Assembly: GCA_965250285.1 (NCBI GenBank)
Contig: OZ252299.1
Span: 2,112,001 to 2,176,000 of the forward strand
Reading direction: 5' to 3'
Source of the DNA: Myxococcota bacterium
GTDB lineage: Bacteria > Myxococcota_A > UBA9160 > UBA4427
Length of the DNA: 64,000 bases
Part shown: piece after piece, positions 38,532 to 47,404 of the stretch
How positions within the stretch are numbered: position 1 is the first letter of the stretch
How the letters are laid out: every line of letters begins with the position of its first letter
Program-made: the position numbers and the translations under genes
The notes under the pieces: model-generated
Database searches by the model: none
What the model saw: only the letters and a program-made list of their open reading frames with translations
What the model was told of the DNA's origin: nothing

Positions 38532-40499
38532 TCAGTAGAAGTAGACCGCCAGGACGTGCGCGGCGGTGAGCACCGGCAGCGGCCAGACGACGAACACGTG
38601 CGCCGCGGTCCATCCACGACGCAATACCCCTCCCCACTCCGGCGACATCCGGCGCTCGAGCCAGGTCACCAGACCGGCGAGCGCGCCGAGCAGCGCCGCC
38701 GCGAGGAAGCAGAGCATCAGCACCTGATTGAGATTCGACCCGAGTCGGAACCCCGTGTGCGCAACGAGCAGGCCCAGCGTGGCGACGCCCATCGTCGCGT
38801 GGGCCACACGCCAACCCGATACCGAGCCGATCTTGAACCGACCGATGCGCTTGCGAATCGAGAAGATCAGGCTCGCGAGGACGACCCCCACGAGCGTGAA
38901 GCCGCTGATCTGCTTCGCGGTGGCGTCGCGCCAGATCCAGTCGATCCCCGGCCCCGTCTCGAGCGACGTCGACATCGGAATCGGATCGAACGCGCCGAAC
39001 AGGAGCACCCCGACGAGCCCGGCGACGCCCGCCAGACCGAGACCCCAGCCGGCCCCCCGGCGTCGGCTGTCGGCGCGCTCGCCCGCCAACGCTTCGAGCA
39101 GCGGCTCGCAGCTCCCGCAGACCGAAGCCGCGCCCGTCTCTTCACTGAGCGCCACAGAAGAGCACGCACCGCGCGCCTGGGCTGCGCGCAGCGCGCCGCA
39201 GGTGACGCCCGTGCAGGTACAGACGACGGCCGCATCGGGCCACTGGGCAATGGGCTTCTCGGCCCCGTCGGCCCAGAGCCGGCCGGTGCGGTCGAATCGG
39301 CGGCGTTGCCAGGCGCGGACCCGGGCCCCCTCCGATACGGCCTCTTGAAGCCGCGGAAACTCGGAGCCGGCGCCGACGGCGATCGCGCCGACGATGCGGC
39401 CTTCGCGCAAGACGATCCGGCGATACTCGTCGTCGCGCACCCAGCTGAGGGCCGAGACGCCCACGCCCTCGGCGAGCGAATCGCCCACGGCGGCCACGTC
39501 GATCTCGTCGATCTTGAGACGAGCCGAAGAGACGGCGCCTTCGAACGGGCGGGTCTCGCCGTCCATCCGCGCGATCCAAGACTCGACCATCTCGTAGCAG
39601 GGCGCGACCAGGCCATAGGTCTGGTCGCGGTGGCGCACGCACTCGCCGATGGCATCGATGTGCGGATCCGACGTCGCGAGGTGATCGTCGACCAGGATGC
39701 CGCCGCGATCGTCGCACGCGACGCCGGCGGCGCGCGCCAGGTCGTCCCGCGGCCGGATCCCCGCGGCGAGCACGATGAGATCGGCCGGCAGTCGCCGACC
39801 GTCGCTCAGCGTGACGGTCTTCTCGTCCTCGCGGCGCTCGATGTCGTCGACGCGTGCAAGCAGATGCAGCCCGATCCCGAAGGACCGGATCGCGCGTTCG
39901 AGCACGGCCGCCCCTTCTGCGTCGAGCTGGCGCGGCAAGAGCCGAGGCCCCATCTCGATGACGTCGACGGCGCAGCCGCGGGCGATCAGCCCGCGCGCGA
40001 GTTCGAGCCCGAGCAGCCCGCCGCCAGCGACCACGACGCGCGCGCCCACCTCGGCGCGCCGCGCGATCTCCTCGGCATCCTCGCGCGTGCGGTACGCGAC
40101 CACGCCCGAGTGCTCGATTCCGGGGATCGGCGGCCGAAATGGCGCGCCGCCGGTGGCGATCACGAGGCGGTCGTATTCGACGATCGAGCCCGTCTCGGTG
40201 CGCACCACGCGCGCCTCACGGTCGACCTCGACCACGCGATCCTTGACCCGCAGTCGGATCCCGTGATCGGCGTACCAGGCGGCGTCGCGCAGGGCGAGCT
40301 CGTCGCCCTCCTCGCCCTTGACCACGGCACCCAGGTGGATGCGGTCGTAGGGCGCGTGCAGCTCTTCGGAGAGCAGCGTCACCTGCATCCCCGAAGCCAG
40401 GCCGGTCGAGACCAGCCGTTCGGCGATGCGATGTGCCGTCATGCCGCCGCCGACGATCGCCAGGCGCACGGGATCGCTCCCGGTCAACGCCGCCGCCAC
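38532..40499 (-). CDS. NirB-like NAD(P)H:FAD oxidoreductase fused to BFD-like [2Fe-2S] domain and C-terminal His-containing membrane domain
   Basis: IVGGGM, PYDR..L, ATG, GGGLLGLE, AIGEC, GLVAP; CTC...CGSC; TMs with four His; no siroheme domain. Confidence 0.88.
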   Translation of the reverse strand: MAAALTGSDPVRLAIVGGGMTAHRIAERLVSTGLASGMQVTLLSEELHAPYDRIHLGAVVKGEEGDELALRDAAWYADHGIRLRVKDRVVEVDREARVVRTETGSIVEYDRLVIATGGAPFRPPIPGIEHSGVVAYRTREDAEEIARRAEVGARVVVAGGGLLGLELARGLIARGCAVDVIEMGPRLLPRQLDAEGAAVLERAIRSFGIGLHLLARVDDIERREDEKTVTLSDGRRLPADLIVLAAGIRPRDDLARAAGVACDDRGGILVDDHLATSDPHIDAIGECVRHRDQTYGLVAPCYEMVESWIARMDGETRPFEGAVSSARLKIDEIDVAAVGDSLAEGVGVSALSWVRDDEYRRIVLREGRIVGAIAVGAGSEFPRLQEAVSEGARVRAWQRRRFDRTGRLWADGAEKPIAQWPDAAVVCTCTGVTCGALRAAQARGACSSVALSEETGAASVCGSCEPLLEALAGERADSRRRGAGWGLGLAGVAGLVGVLLFGAFDPIPMSTSLETGPGIDWIWRDATAKQISGFTLVGVVLASLIFSIRKRIGRFKIGSVSGWRVAHATMGVATLGLLVAHTGFRLGSNLNQVLMLCFLAAALLGALAGLVTWLERRMSPEWGGVLRRGWTAAHVFVVWPLPVLTAAHVLAVYFY

Positions 40500-40542
40500 G
40501 CCGGCCTCCGCATCGAGGTCTGATGCGCGCGCCGCACCCGAC

Positions 40543-40950
40543 TCAGGCCGCCGCGTCGATCATCACGGTCGAGAGAATCCCGTACGTCTTGACCCAGGCT
40601 TCGCGGGCTTCGTCGGTGAAGTCGTCGCCGAGCGCCGTGGCGAGCGTGTCGATCAGCACCTCGCCGACGACCGGATAGTGATCGGGCAGCGCCCCGTAGT
40701 CGGCGTGGCGCTTGCCGCTGGCCTCGACCGCGGGGACGATCTTCTCGATCTCGTCCATGTTGTTCACGGCGACGCCGATCATCGTCATCAGCTTCTGCCC
40801 CTGCGCCTTCATGTCTTCGGGAAAGAGCGGGCGCACGCCGGGTGCCTTCGCGAAGAGCTTCCCGTAGAAGAGGGTGGCGGCGGCATCGGGATCGGCGCCC
40901 GCGATCTCCCAGGTCTTGCGTACGACTTCGATCTCTCGGTCCGTGAACAC
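40543..40950 (-). CDS. Single-domain globin (Vgb/flavohemoglobin-like)
   Basis: LFYGKLF (TyrB10), PLFP (PheCD1), AQGQKL (GlnE7), GKRHADYG (HisF8), HYPVVG; AAGGAG RBS. Confidence 0.93.
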   Translation of the reverse strand: MFTDREIEVVRKTWEIAGADPDAAATLFYGKLFAKAPGVRPLFPEDMKAQGQKLMTMIGVAVNNMDEIEKIVPAVEASGKRHADYGALPDHYPVVGEVLIDTLATALGDDFTDEAREAWVKTYGILSTVMIDAAA

Positions 40951-41403
40951 GTTCGACTCCTTTGGCTCGGTTTCGAGAGCCCCAAACGAGCGAAGGGCGC
41001 TCCGGTCGATCCGCCCCGTCGCGTACGACGGTTCGGCTCGATCGAGGCGCCCTTGCCTCCGGGTCTCACCCATGCGCCCGACACACCGTGGTGGACGCCG
41101 ACATTCGATGCGCCGAAGCATTTCAAGAAGCGGGCCAATGCGGAGGGCGCGTTCAGCGCTGCCCGGGACTTCGAGCGCGGAGTCACTGCCCAGCACCGGG
41201 GCAGGTGCCCGCTGCACTGCGGGGCATGCGCGCGTCGGTCGTGCAGGTCATCGCCCATTGCGACACGCAGCCGCGCAGGCTCGCTCGAATCAGAACGCGT
41301 CTCGCGCGTTCGATGTGCCCACCGATTCATCGGCCCGACACGTGAGCGGCGCAGAGCGGCGCCTCGACCGGCGAGGATCGCTCGATTGAGCCATGCTCGG
41401 CGC

Positions 41404-42408
41404 ATGCCGAACGACGCGAACTACAAGAGCTACGGCGAGCAGTCGCTGCACTACTTCGCCCGCCCCCACGAAACGACGCCGACCACCCCGGTCGGCGGTG
41501 CGGCGGCGTGGCGCGGGGCAGAGCTCGGGCGGCGTGAGGCATGGAAGACGCAGCTCGACGAGAAGCAGGTCGATGAGATCGAAGCGGCCCTCGATCATGT
41601 CGAGGCGACGGGCCGAGCCACGGGCGAGCTCGAAGCGGCCGACTTTCCTCTGCCGACGCTTGCATCCGAAGTGGCCGCGTGGCGCAACGAGATCGCGACG
41701 GGTCGGGGCTTCCACGTCGTCCGGGGCGTGCCGGTGGAGCGGTGGTCTACCGAGCGGGCCGAGCGCTTCTTCTGGTGCATCGGCCTGCACATGGGCACAC
41801 CCGGCGCGCAGAATGCGCGGGGGGAGCTGCTCGGACACGTGACGGATACCGGTGCGCGCGAGACCGACCGCTTCGTCCGGCTGTACGAGACGCGGGCCGA
41901 CATCGCGTTTCACTGCGACGCCGCCGACGTGGTCGGCCTGCTCTGCCTCTCGGCCGGACGTGCGGGCGGGGCAAGCCGCATCGCCAGCTCGGTGTCGGTC
42001 CACGACGAGCTGCTGGCGCGCCGTCCCGACCTGGTGCCCCGTCTCTACGAGCCATTCGCGCTCGACGTGCGCAGCGAGGGCGATCGCGCAGCCCTTCGGC
42101 ACATCCCGGTGCCCCCCTGCCGCTTTGCCGATGGCCGGCTCCGCACCTTCTACCACAGCGACTACTTTCGCTCGGCGACACGGCACGACGACGTGCCCGA
42201 GCTCGACGAGGCCGAGTGCGCGTTGCTCGACCTGTTCGAGTCGATCGCGGGCGAGCCCGAATTCCGCCTCGACATGCAGCTCGAGCCCGGCGACATCCAG
42301 TGGCTGTCGAATCACACCGTGGTGCACGCGCGAACCGCATACGAAGACGGGGGGAACGACGCCGAGCGCCGCCACCTCCTCCGCCTCTGGCTGTCGATCG
42401 AGGACTGA
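41404..42408 (+). CDS. TauD/TfdA-family dioxygenase
   Basis: AAWRG, GRGF..VRG.P, FHCD..DVVGLLC, NHTVVHAR, RHLLRLWL. Confidence 0.88.
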   Translation: MPNDANYKSYGEQSLHYFARPHETTPTTPVGGAAAWRGAELGRREAWKTQLDEKQVDEIEAALDHVEATGRATGELEAADFPLPTLASEVAAWRNEIATGRGFHVVRGVPVERWSTERAERFFWCIGLHMGTPGAQNARGELLGHVTDTGARETDRFVRLYETRADIAFHCDAADVVGLLCLSAGRAGGASRIASSVSVHDELLARRPDLVPRLYEPFALDVRSEGDRAALRHIPVPPCRFADGRLRTFYHSDYFRSATRHDDVPELDEAECALLDLFESIAGEPEFRLDMQLEPGDIQWLSNHTVVHARTAYEDGGNDAERRHLLRLWLSIED

Positions 42409-42442
42409 GCGCACCCCGCCCTCGCATCGACAAGGAGCGCCG

Positions 42443-43798
42443 ATGTCCCGCCTCGAGTTTCCCGCCGGCTTTCGCTGGGGCTGCGCGACCGCGTCGTACC
42501 AGATCGAGGGCGCCTGGAAGGCGGACGACAAGGGCGAGTCGATCTGGGATCGATTCGCGCACACACCCGGCCGTGTCGCTCAGGGCCACACGGGCGATGT
42601 CGCCTGCGACTCGTATCACCGCTTCGACGAAGACATCGCGCTGCTTCGCCAGATGAACTGCACCAGCTATCGCTTCTCGGTGGCCTGGCCCCGGATCCAG
42701 CCCACCGGGCGCGGGCCGGTCAACGCGAAGGGGCTCGACTACTACCGGCGCGTCTGCGATGCACTGCTCGCAGCCGGCATCCGCCCGTTCCCGACCCTCT
42801 ACCACTGGGATCTGCCCCAGGCGCTCGAAGACGACGGCGGCTGGCCGAACCGCGACCTCGCGGGTCGGTTCGCCGACTACGCCGACATCGTCGCGCGCGG
42901 ACTCGGCGACCTCGTCGACGACTGGATGATCTTCAACGAGCCGTTCGTCTTCACCGCCATGGGCTATCTGCTCGGCATCCACGCACCGGGTCGTGCCTCG
43001 ATGGACGACTTCCTGCGCGCGACCCACACGGTCAATCTCGCACAGGGCCAGGCGTGCCAGGCAATGCGCGCGACCGCGTCGGATGCGCGCATCGGCAGCG
43101 CGTTCAGCATGTCGGCCTGCGAGCCCGCCCGCGACGAAGCCGAAGACGCCGAGGCCGCCGAACGCTGGCACCGCTTCACGAACCTCTGGTTCCTCGATCC
43201 GGCGCAGTCGGGGCAGTACCCCGCAGCGTTCGTCGATGGCGTCCCGGAGGCCGCGCTCGGCATGCGGCCGGGCGACGCCGAGACGGTCCGGGCCGACCTC
43301 GACTTCATCGGGATCAACCTCTACACGCGCACGCTCGTGCGCCACGCCCCCGAAGACACGCGCGGCCTCGCCGCCCTCCCCGTTGGCGGGATGGGCGGAG
43401 ACGACGGGCCGAAGACCGACTTCGGGTGGGAGGTCTGGCCGAACGCCCTGCGCGACGTCGTGCTCCGGATCCACCACGACTACGATGCGCCCGAGATCGA
43501 GATCACCGAGAACGGCTGCGCCTACGCCGACCGGCCGGGCGAGGACGGCCGCATCGAGGATCGTCGACGCATCGACTTCTACGCCGGCTACCTCGCCGCG
43601 CTGCACGAAGCCATCGACGCGGGCGCGCGCGTCACGGGCTACCACGCCTGGAGCCTGCTCGACAACTTCGAGTGGAGCGAAGGCTACGCCCAGCGCTTCG
43701 GTCTCACGTGGGTCGACTTCGAATCGGGCGATCGAACGCTGAAGGATTCGGGCCACTGGTATGCCCGCGTCGCCGACGAGAACGGGCTGGATCACTGA
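42443..43798 (+). CDS. Glycoside hydrolase family 1 beta-glucosidase
   Basis: ATASYQIEG, YRFSVAWPRI, TLYHWDLP, NEP and ITENG catalytic glutamates, DNFEW. Confidence 0.96.
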   Translation: MSRLEFPAGFRWGCATASYQIEGAWKADDKGESIWDRFAHTPGRVAQGHTGDVACDSYHRFDEDIALLRQMNCTSYRFSVAWPRIQPTGRGPVNAKGLDYYRRVCDALLAAGIRPFPTLYHWDLPQALEDDGGWPNRDLAGRFADYADIVARGLGDLVDDWMIFNEPFVFTAMGYLLGIHAPGRASMDDFLRATHTVNLAQGQACQAMRATASDARIGSAFSMSACEPARDEAEDAEAAERWHRFTNLWFLDPAQSGQYPAAFVDGVPEAALGMRPGDAETVRADLDFIGINLYTRTLVRHAPEDTRGLAALPVGGMGGDDGPKTDFGWEVWPNALRDVVLRIHHDYDAPEIEITENGCAYADRPGEDGRIEDRRRIDFYAGYLAALHEAIDAGARVTGYHAWSLLDNFEWSEGYAQRFGLTWVDFESGDRTLKDSGHWYARVADENGLDH

Positions 43799-43799
43799 C

Positions 43800-45311
43800 A
43801 TGAGCGACCGCCCCGCATCCCGGTCGCCCTGGCGGCGCTCGAAGACCGCCGCAAGCGTCGTGGGCGCGCCGGTGCTCGCCGCCTTGATGATCGTGTCGAT
43901 CGCGTTCGCGCTGCGCTGTACGCAGGTGCAGCTCTGGCCATCGGCGCCGGACGCACCCCACCTCGCCGAGAAGCAGGCCTACCTCGACGCTCTGCCCTCG
44001 GCCCGCGAAGACGCCCCGAATGTGGTGATCGTCTTTTTCGACGACCTCGGCTGGGGGGACCTCTCGATCCAGGGCAATCGCCTGATCGAAACGCCCCGCA
44101 TCGACCGCGCGGCCGCCGAAGGCCTGCGGATGACCGACTTCTATGCCGCCTCGCCGGTCTGCACGCCTTCGCGCGCGGCGCTGCTGACCGGCCGCCACCC
44201 CCCCCGCACCCGCACCGATCGACACGTCTTCTTTCCGGAGGGCTCGGCCATGGGCATCGCGCGCCGCATGGCCGGCGCAGCAAACGAGCTCCCCGAAGAC
44301 GAGATCACCCTGGCCGAGGTGCTGCAACGGGCCGGCTACGCGACGGCGCTCGTCGGCAAGTGGCACCTCGGGGATCGAACGGGCTTCCGTCCGAACGACT
44401 TCGGCTTCGATCGCTGGCTCGGCGTGATGTACAGCAACGACATGTGGCCGCTGCACCTCTACAGCGACGGTGAGATCATCGAACGCGACGAGCGCGATGG
44501 CGGCCTGTTCGCCTCCGAGCGAGATGAAAAGAAGCCGCTCGGCCCGGGCGGCATCGATCAATCGACCCTGACGGCCCGCTACACCGAAGAGGCCATCGCT
44601 TTCGTCGAGGCGCATCGCGACGAGCCCTTCTTCCTGCTCCTCGCCCATACGTTCCCGCACGTGCCGCACTACCCGTCCGCCGAATTCGCCGGCACGTCTC
44701 GCGGGGGCCGCTATGGCGACGTGGTCGAAGACCTCGACCGCAGCACGGGCGCGCTGCTCGACGCGATCGATGAGCTCGGGCTATCGGAGAACACGCTCGT
44801 GGTCATCACGAGCGACAATGGCGCCGACTACGGCGGCAGCCCGGGCGGCCTCCGGGGCCGCAAGGGCGACATTCTCGAGGGCGGGCAGCGCGTGCCGATG
44901 ATCGTGCGTTGGCCGGGACACGTCGCGGCCGGTCGCGTCAGTCCGGCCCCGGCCATGCACATCGACGTGTTCCCGACGCTCCTCGAGCTCGCCGGCCTGC
45001 CGATGCCGACCGATCGCGAGATCGACGGGCAGAGTCTCGGGGCGCTGATCGGCGGCGAAACGCCCCCGGAGCGCGACCTCTTCTTCTTTCCGACGCTGCA
45101 GAGCCTGCCCGGTGCGATCCGTCGCGGCCCGTTCAAGTGGCTGCATCGCACGGGCGACGTCGGTCGTGATCGCGGTCACCTGACCCGCGTCGATCTCGAT
45201 GCAGAGGCACACGAGCTGTCGGATCTCTACCCCGACCGGGCCGCTGCCCTCGCCGCCGCACTCGATGCAATGCGCGAGCAGATTTCTTCGAACCCGCGCG
45301 GCTTCCGCTGA
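43800..45311 (+). CDS. Formylglycine-dependent sulfatase with N-terminal signal/anchor
   Basis: DDLGWGD, CTPSRAALLTGR, GKWHLG, SDNG, GRKG..EGG.RVP. Confidence 0.95.
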   Translation: MSDRPASRSPWRRSKTAASVVGAPVLAALMIVSIAFALRCTQVQLWPSAPDAPHLAEKQAYLDALPSAREDAPNVVIVFFDDLGWGDLSIQGNRLIETPRIDRAAAEGLRMTDFYAASPVCTPSRAALLTGRHPPRTRTDRHVFFPEGSAMGIARRMAGAANELPEDEITLAEVLQRAGYATALVGKWHLGDRTGFRPNDFGFDRWLGVMYSNDMWPLHLYSDGEIIERDERDGGLFASERDEKKPLGPGGIDQSTLTARYTEEAIAFVEAHRDEPFFLLLAHTFPHVPHYPSAEFAGTSRGGRYGDVVEDLDRSTGALLDAIDELGLSENTLVVITSDNGADYGGSPGGLRGRKGDILEGGQRVPMIVRWPGHVAAGRVSPAPAMHIDVFPTLLELAGLPMPTDREIDGQSLGALIGGETPPERDLFFFPTLQSLPGAIRRGPFKWLHRTGDVGRDRGHLTRVDLDAEAHELSDLYPDRAAALAAALDAMREQISSNPRGFR

Positions 45312-45480
45312 TCCGATCGCACGGCTTCGTTCGATTCATCGGGTGGAACCCACGATCGTGTGACCTGGACAAACACCCAGCATCGAACCCCCCGGCCCCA
45401 CGCGCCCGGCCAAGCGACGAGGCAGCCCCGTGAACCGCCCGAGCCGACCGACCGACCGATCGCGAGCCTGGATTCGAAGC

Positions 45481-46074
45481 GTGACCCGCATCGCGGCTGC
45501 GCTCGCCCTGGCGATGCCGATCTCGGCGGCGGCCGTCGAACCACAGCAGGGCCCGACCGAAGCGCCCACCCCGATCCCGCTCTGGTCGGAAAACCCCGCT
45601 CCGGCGTTCTCCTACGGCATTCACGCCCCGACGCGACCGGGGCCCGGGATCTTCACGCTCTCGGGCCGAGCGCGGCGCGCCCCCGCGTTTCCGATGCTCT
45701 TGATGGATTATCAGGTGACGGACCGGCTGGCGTTCACGGCGGGGCGCGAGCTCTGCACCGCGGCCGGCCCGGGCGCGCACGCGATCTTCGCCCTCGCCGA
45801 TCAGCTCGACCTCACCCTCGGTTTTCGCTTCGAGCGACGACGATTCGACCTCGCGCCGCATCCCGGCCTCGACTTCGGCGGCATCGGAGTCGACCAGAGC
45901 GCGCCCGCGTTCGTGACCCTGCGCTTCGGCCAGCCAAATGCGTTCATCGCGGTGGTGGCCGGCGCCGAAATGCGTGGCAAGCTCAGCATCGAGGATGAAC
46001 GCGGCAGCTTCCTGGCCGAGCGGCTCGATGAGCCCTCGCCCTTCGTGGGCTTCGCCGGCCGGCTTCGCTTCTGA
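45481..46074 (+). CDS. Short outer-membrane beta-barrel-like protein, paralog of the C-terminal half of the downstream gene
   Basis: Signal-like RIAAALALAMPISAAA; LDLTLGFRFER shared with next gene; ends in Phe. Confidence 0.65.
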   Translation: MTRIAAALALAMPISAAAVEPQQGPTEAPTPIPLWSENPAPAFSYGIHAPTRPGPGIFTLSGRARRAPAFPMLLMDYQVTDRLAFTAGRELCTAAGPGAHAIFALADQLDLTLGFRFERRRFDLAPHPGLDFGGIGVDQSAPAFVTLRFGQPNAFIAVVAGAEMRGKLSIEDERGSFLAERLDEPSPFVGFAGRLRF

Positions 46075-46105
46075 GCGGGCCGGGAGGACACGAAGAGAAC
46101 GCCAC

Positions 46106-47182
46106 TTGATTCACTTCGAGCTCGTCACACGCCGTCGAGGCGCCCAGACCCGCAGGTCCGGCCTCGCAGCGGGCCGCTGCATCGCGACCGCGATCACGCT
46201 CGCGTTCGCCTGCACGCTCGGCTCTCTCGCCCTGACCGGTCGAGCGCAGGCCACGACGGTCGAGAACCCAGAGGATCCCGCCGACATCACCGACCCGGCT
46301 CCCCCGCCCGATGCCCCGCCCCAGACCGAGCCGCCGCAGCGGCGCGGCCCTCCGCTCGGACTCAACTTTCGCGTGCGCGGCGGCGCGACCTACCAGTTCA
46401 AGACGAAGCTCAAAGAAGGCGGCTCGTTCGACACGAGTCGCACGGTGCTCGATGTCGGCGCGCGCTACGGGTTTACCGAGAACCTCTCGACGGTGCTCTC
46501 GGTCTCGTACGGGTACGACCCGTACGGCTTCTCGGACGAGGTGCGCATCGGCGGCATCGCACCCTGGGAGCAGCTCCACGCGCTGCGCGTCTCGGCGCCC
46601 GTCTTCTGGCGCCCCACCGAGCGTCTTCAGCTGCTCGCGGTTCCGATCTTTCGCATGCAGGCCGAGGCACCCTCGGCCTGGGGCGACTCCATGTCGGGCG
46701 GCGGCATCATCGCGTTCTCATGGAAGTTCAGCGACACGCTCCGGGTCGGGCCCGGCTTTGGCGGGCTGAGCGAGCTGGAGCGCAGGCCCACCCTCTTTCC
46801 GGTGATCCTGATCGACTGGCAGGTGAGCGACCGGTTCGCGATCACCACCGGCCGCGGCCTCGGCGCCTCGACCGGCCCCGGTCTGCAGGGCGTCTATACG
46901 ATCCGCAAGTTCCTCGACCTGACGCTCGGCTTCCGCTTCGAGCGCGCACGCTTTCGGCTCGAGCCGCGGCCGGGCCAGACGGTCGGCGGGATCGGCGAGG
47001 ACGAGAGCTTCCCCGTCTTCGCCACGCTGCGCTGGGGTCCGCAGTACGCGTTCCTCGCCCTCTTGACCGGCGCCGAGTTCAGAGGACGCCTGCGCATCGA
47101 GGATCCGAACGGCAAGAGACTCGCGGAGAGCGCCTACAAACCCTCGGCCTTCATCGGCTTCGCCGGCCAGATCTTCTTCTGA
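46106..47182 (+). CDS. Putative outer-membrane beta-barrel protein
   Basis: Signal peptide ending AQA, Pro-rich linker, amphipathic strands, C-terminal Phe. Confidence 0.75.
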   Translation: MIHFELVTRRRGAQTRRSGLAAGRCIATAITLAFACTLGSLALTGRAQATTVENPEDPADITDPAPPPDAPPQTEPPQRRGPPLGLNFRVRGGATYQFKTKLKEGGSFDTSRTVLDVGARYGFTENLSTVLSVSYGYDPYGFSDEVRIGGIAPWEQLHALRVSAPVFWRPTERLQLLAVPIFRMQAEAPSAWGDSMSGGGIIAFSWKFSDTLRVGPGFGGLSELERRPTLFPVILIDWQVSDRFAITTGRGLGASTGPGLQGVYTIRKFLDLTLGFRFERARFRLEPRPGQTVGGIGEDESFPVFATLRWGPQYAFLALLTGAEFRGRLRIEDPNGKRLAESAYKPSAFIGFAGQIFF

Positions 47183-47404
47183 GTCAGAGCCCTTCGGCTC
47201 CTAGCCGCGTCGACCCCCGTCGGATATGCTGCCGGGCCCGCGGATGAAGACCGTCCGCGTGCACGGCCGGGCGACCGCGGTGCCGGGCGACGCGCCCCCC
47301 GCCTGAGACCCGCCCTCCACACCTGTCCGAACGGGCCGAGCCGATCACAGGCTCAGGCAACCCGTCCGGGCCGAGCCGACACCGAGCACCCGCTCGGCCG
47401 ACCG

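Noticed and set aside
37119..40499. Calling these genes nrfA and nirB
   Set aside because: No CxxCK heme motif and no siroheme/[4Fe-4S] domain, so neither symbol is supported.
37134..40523. 1129-aa + strand ORF
   Set aside because: Antisense shadow of the cytochrome and flavoprotein genes with no motifs.
40951..41403. FNR/NsrR or sigma-54 site upstream of the globin operon
   Set aside because: Only weak partial palindromes seen by eye; no convincing consensus match.
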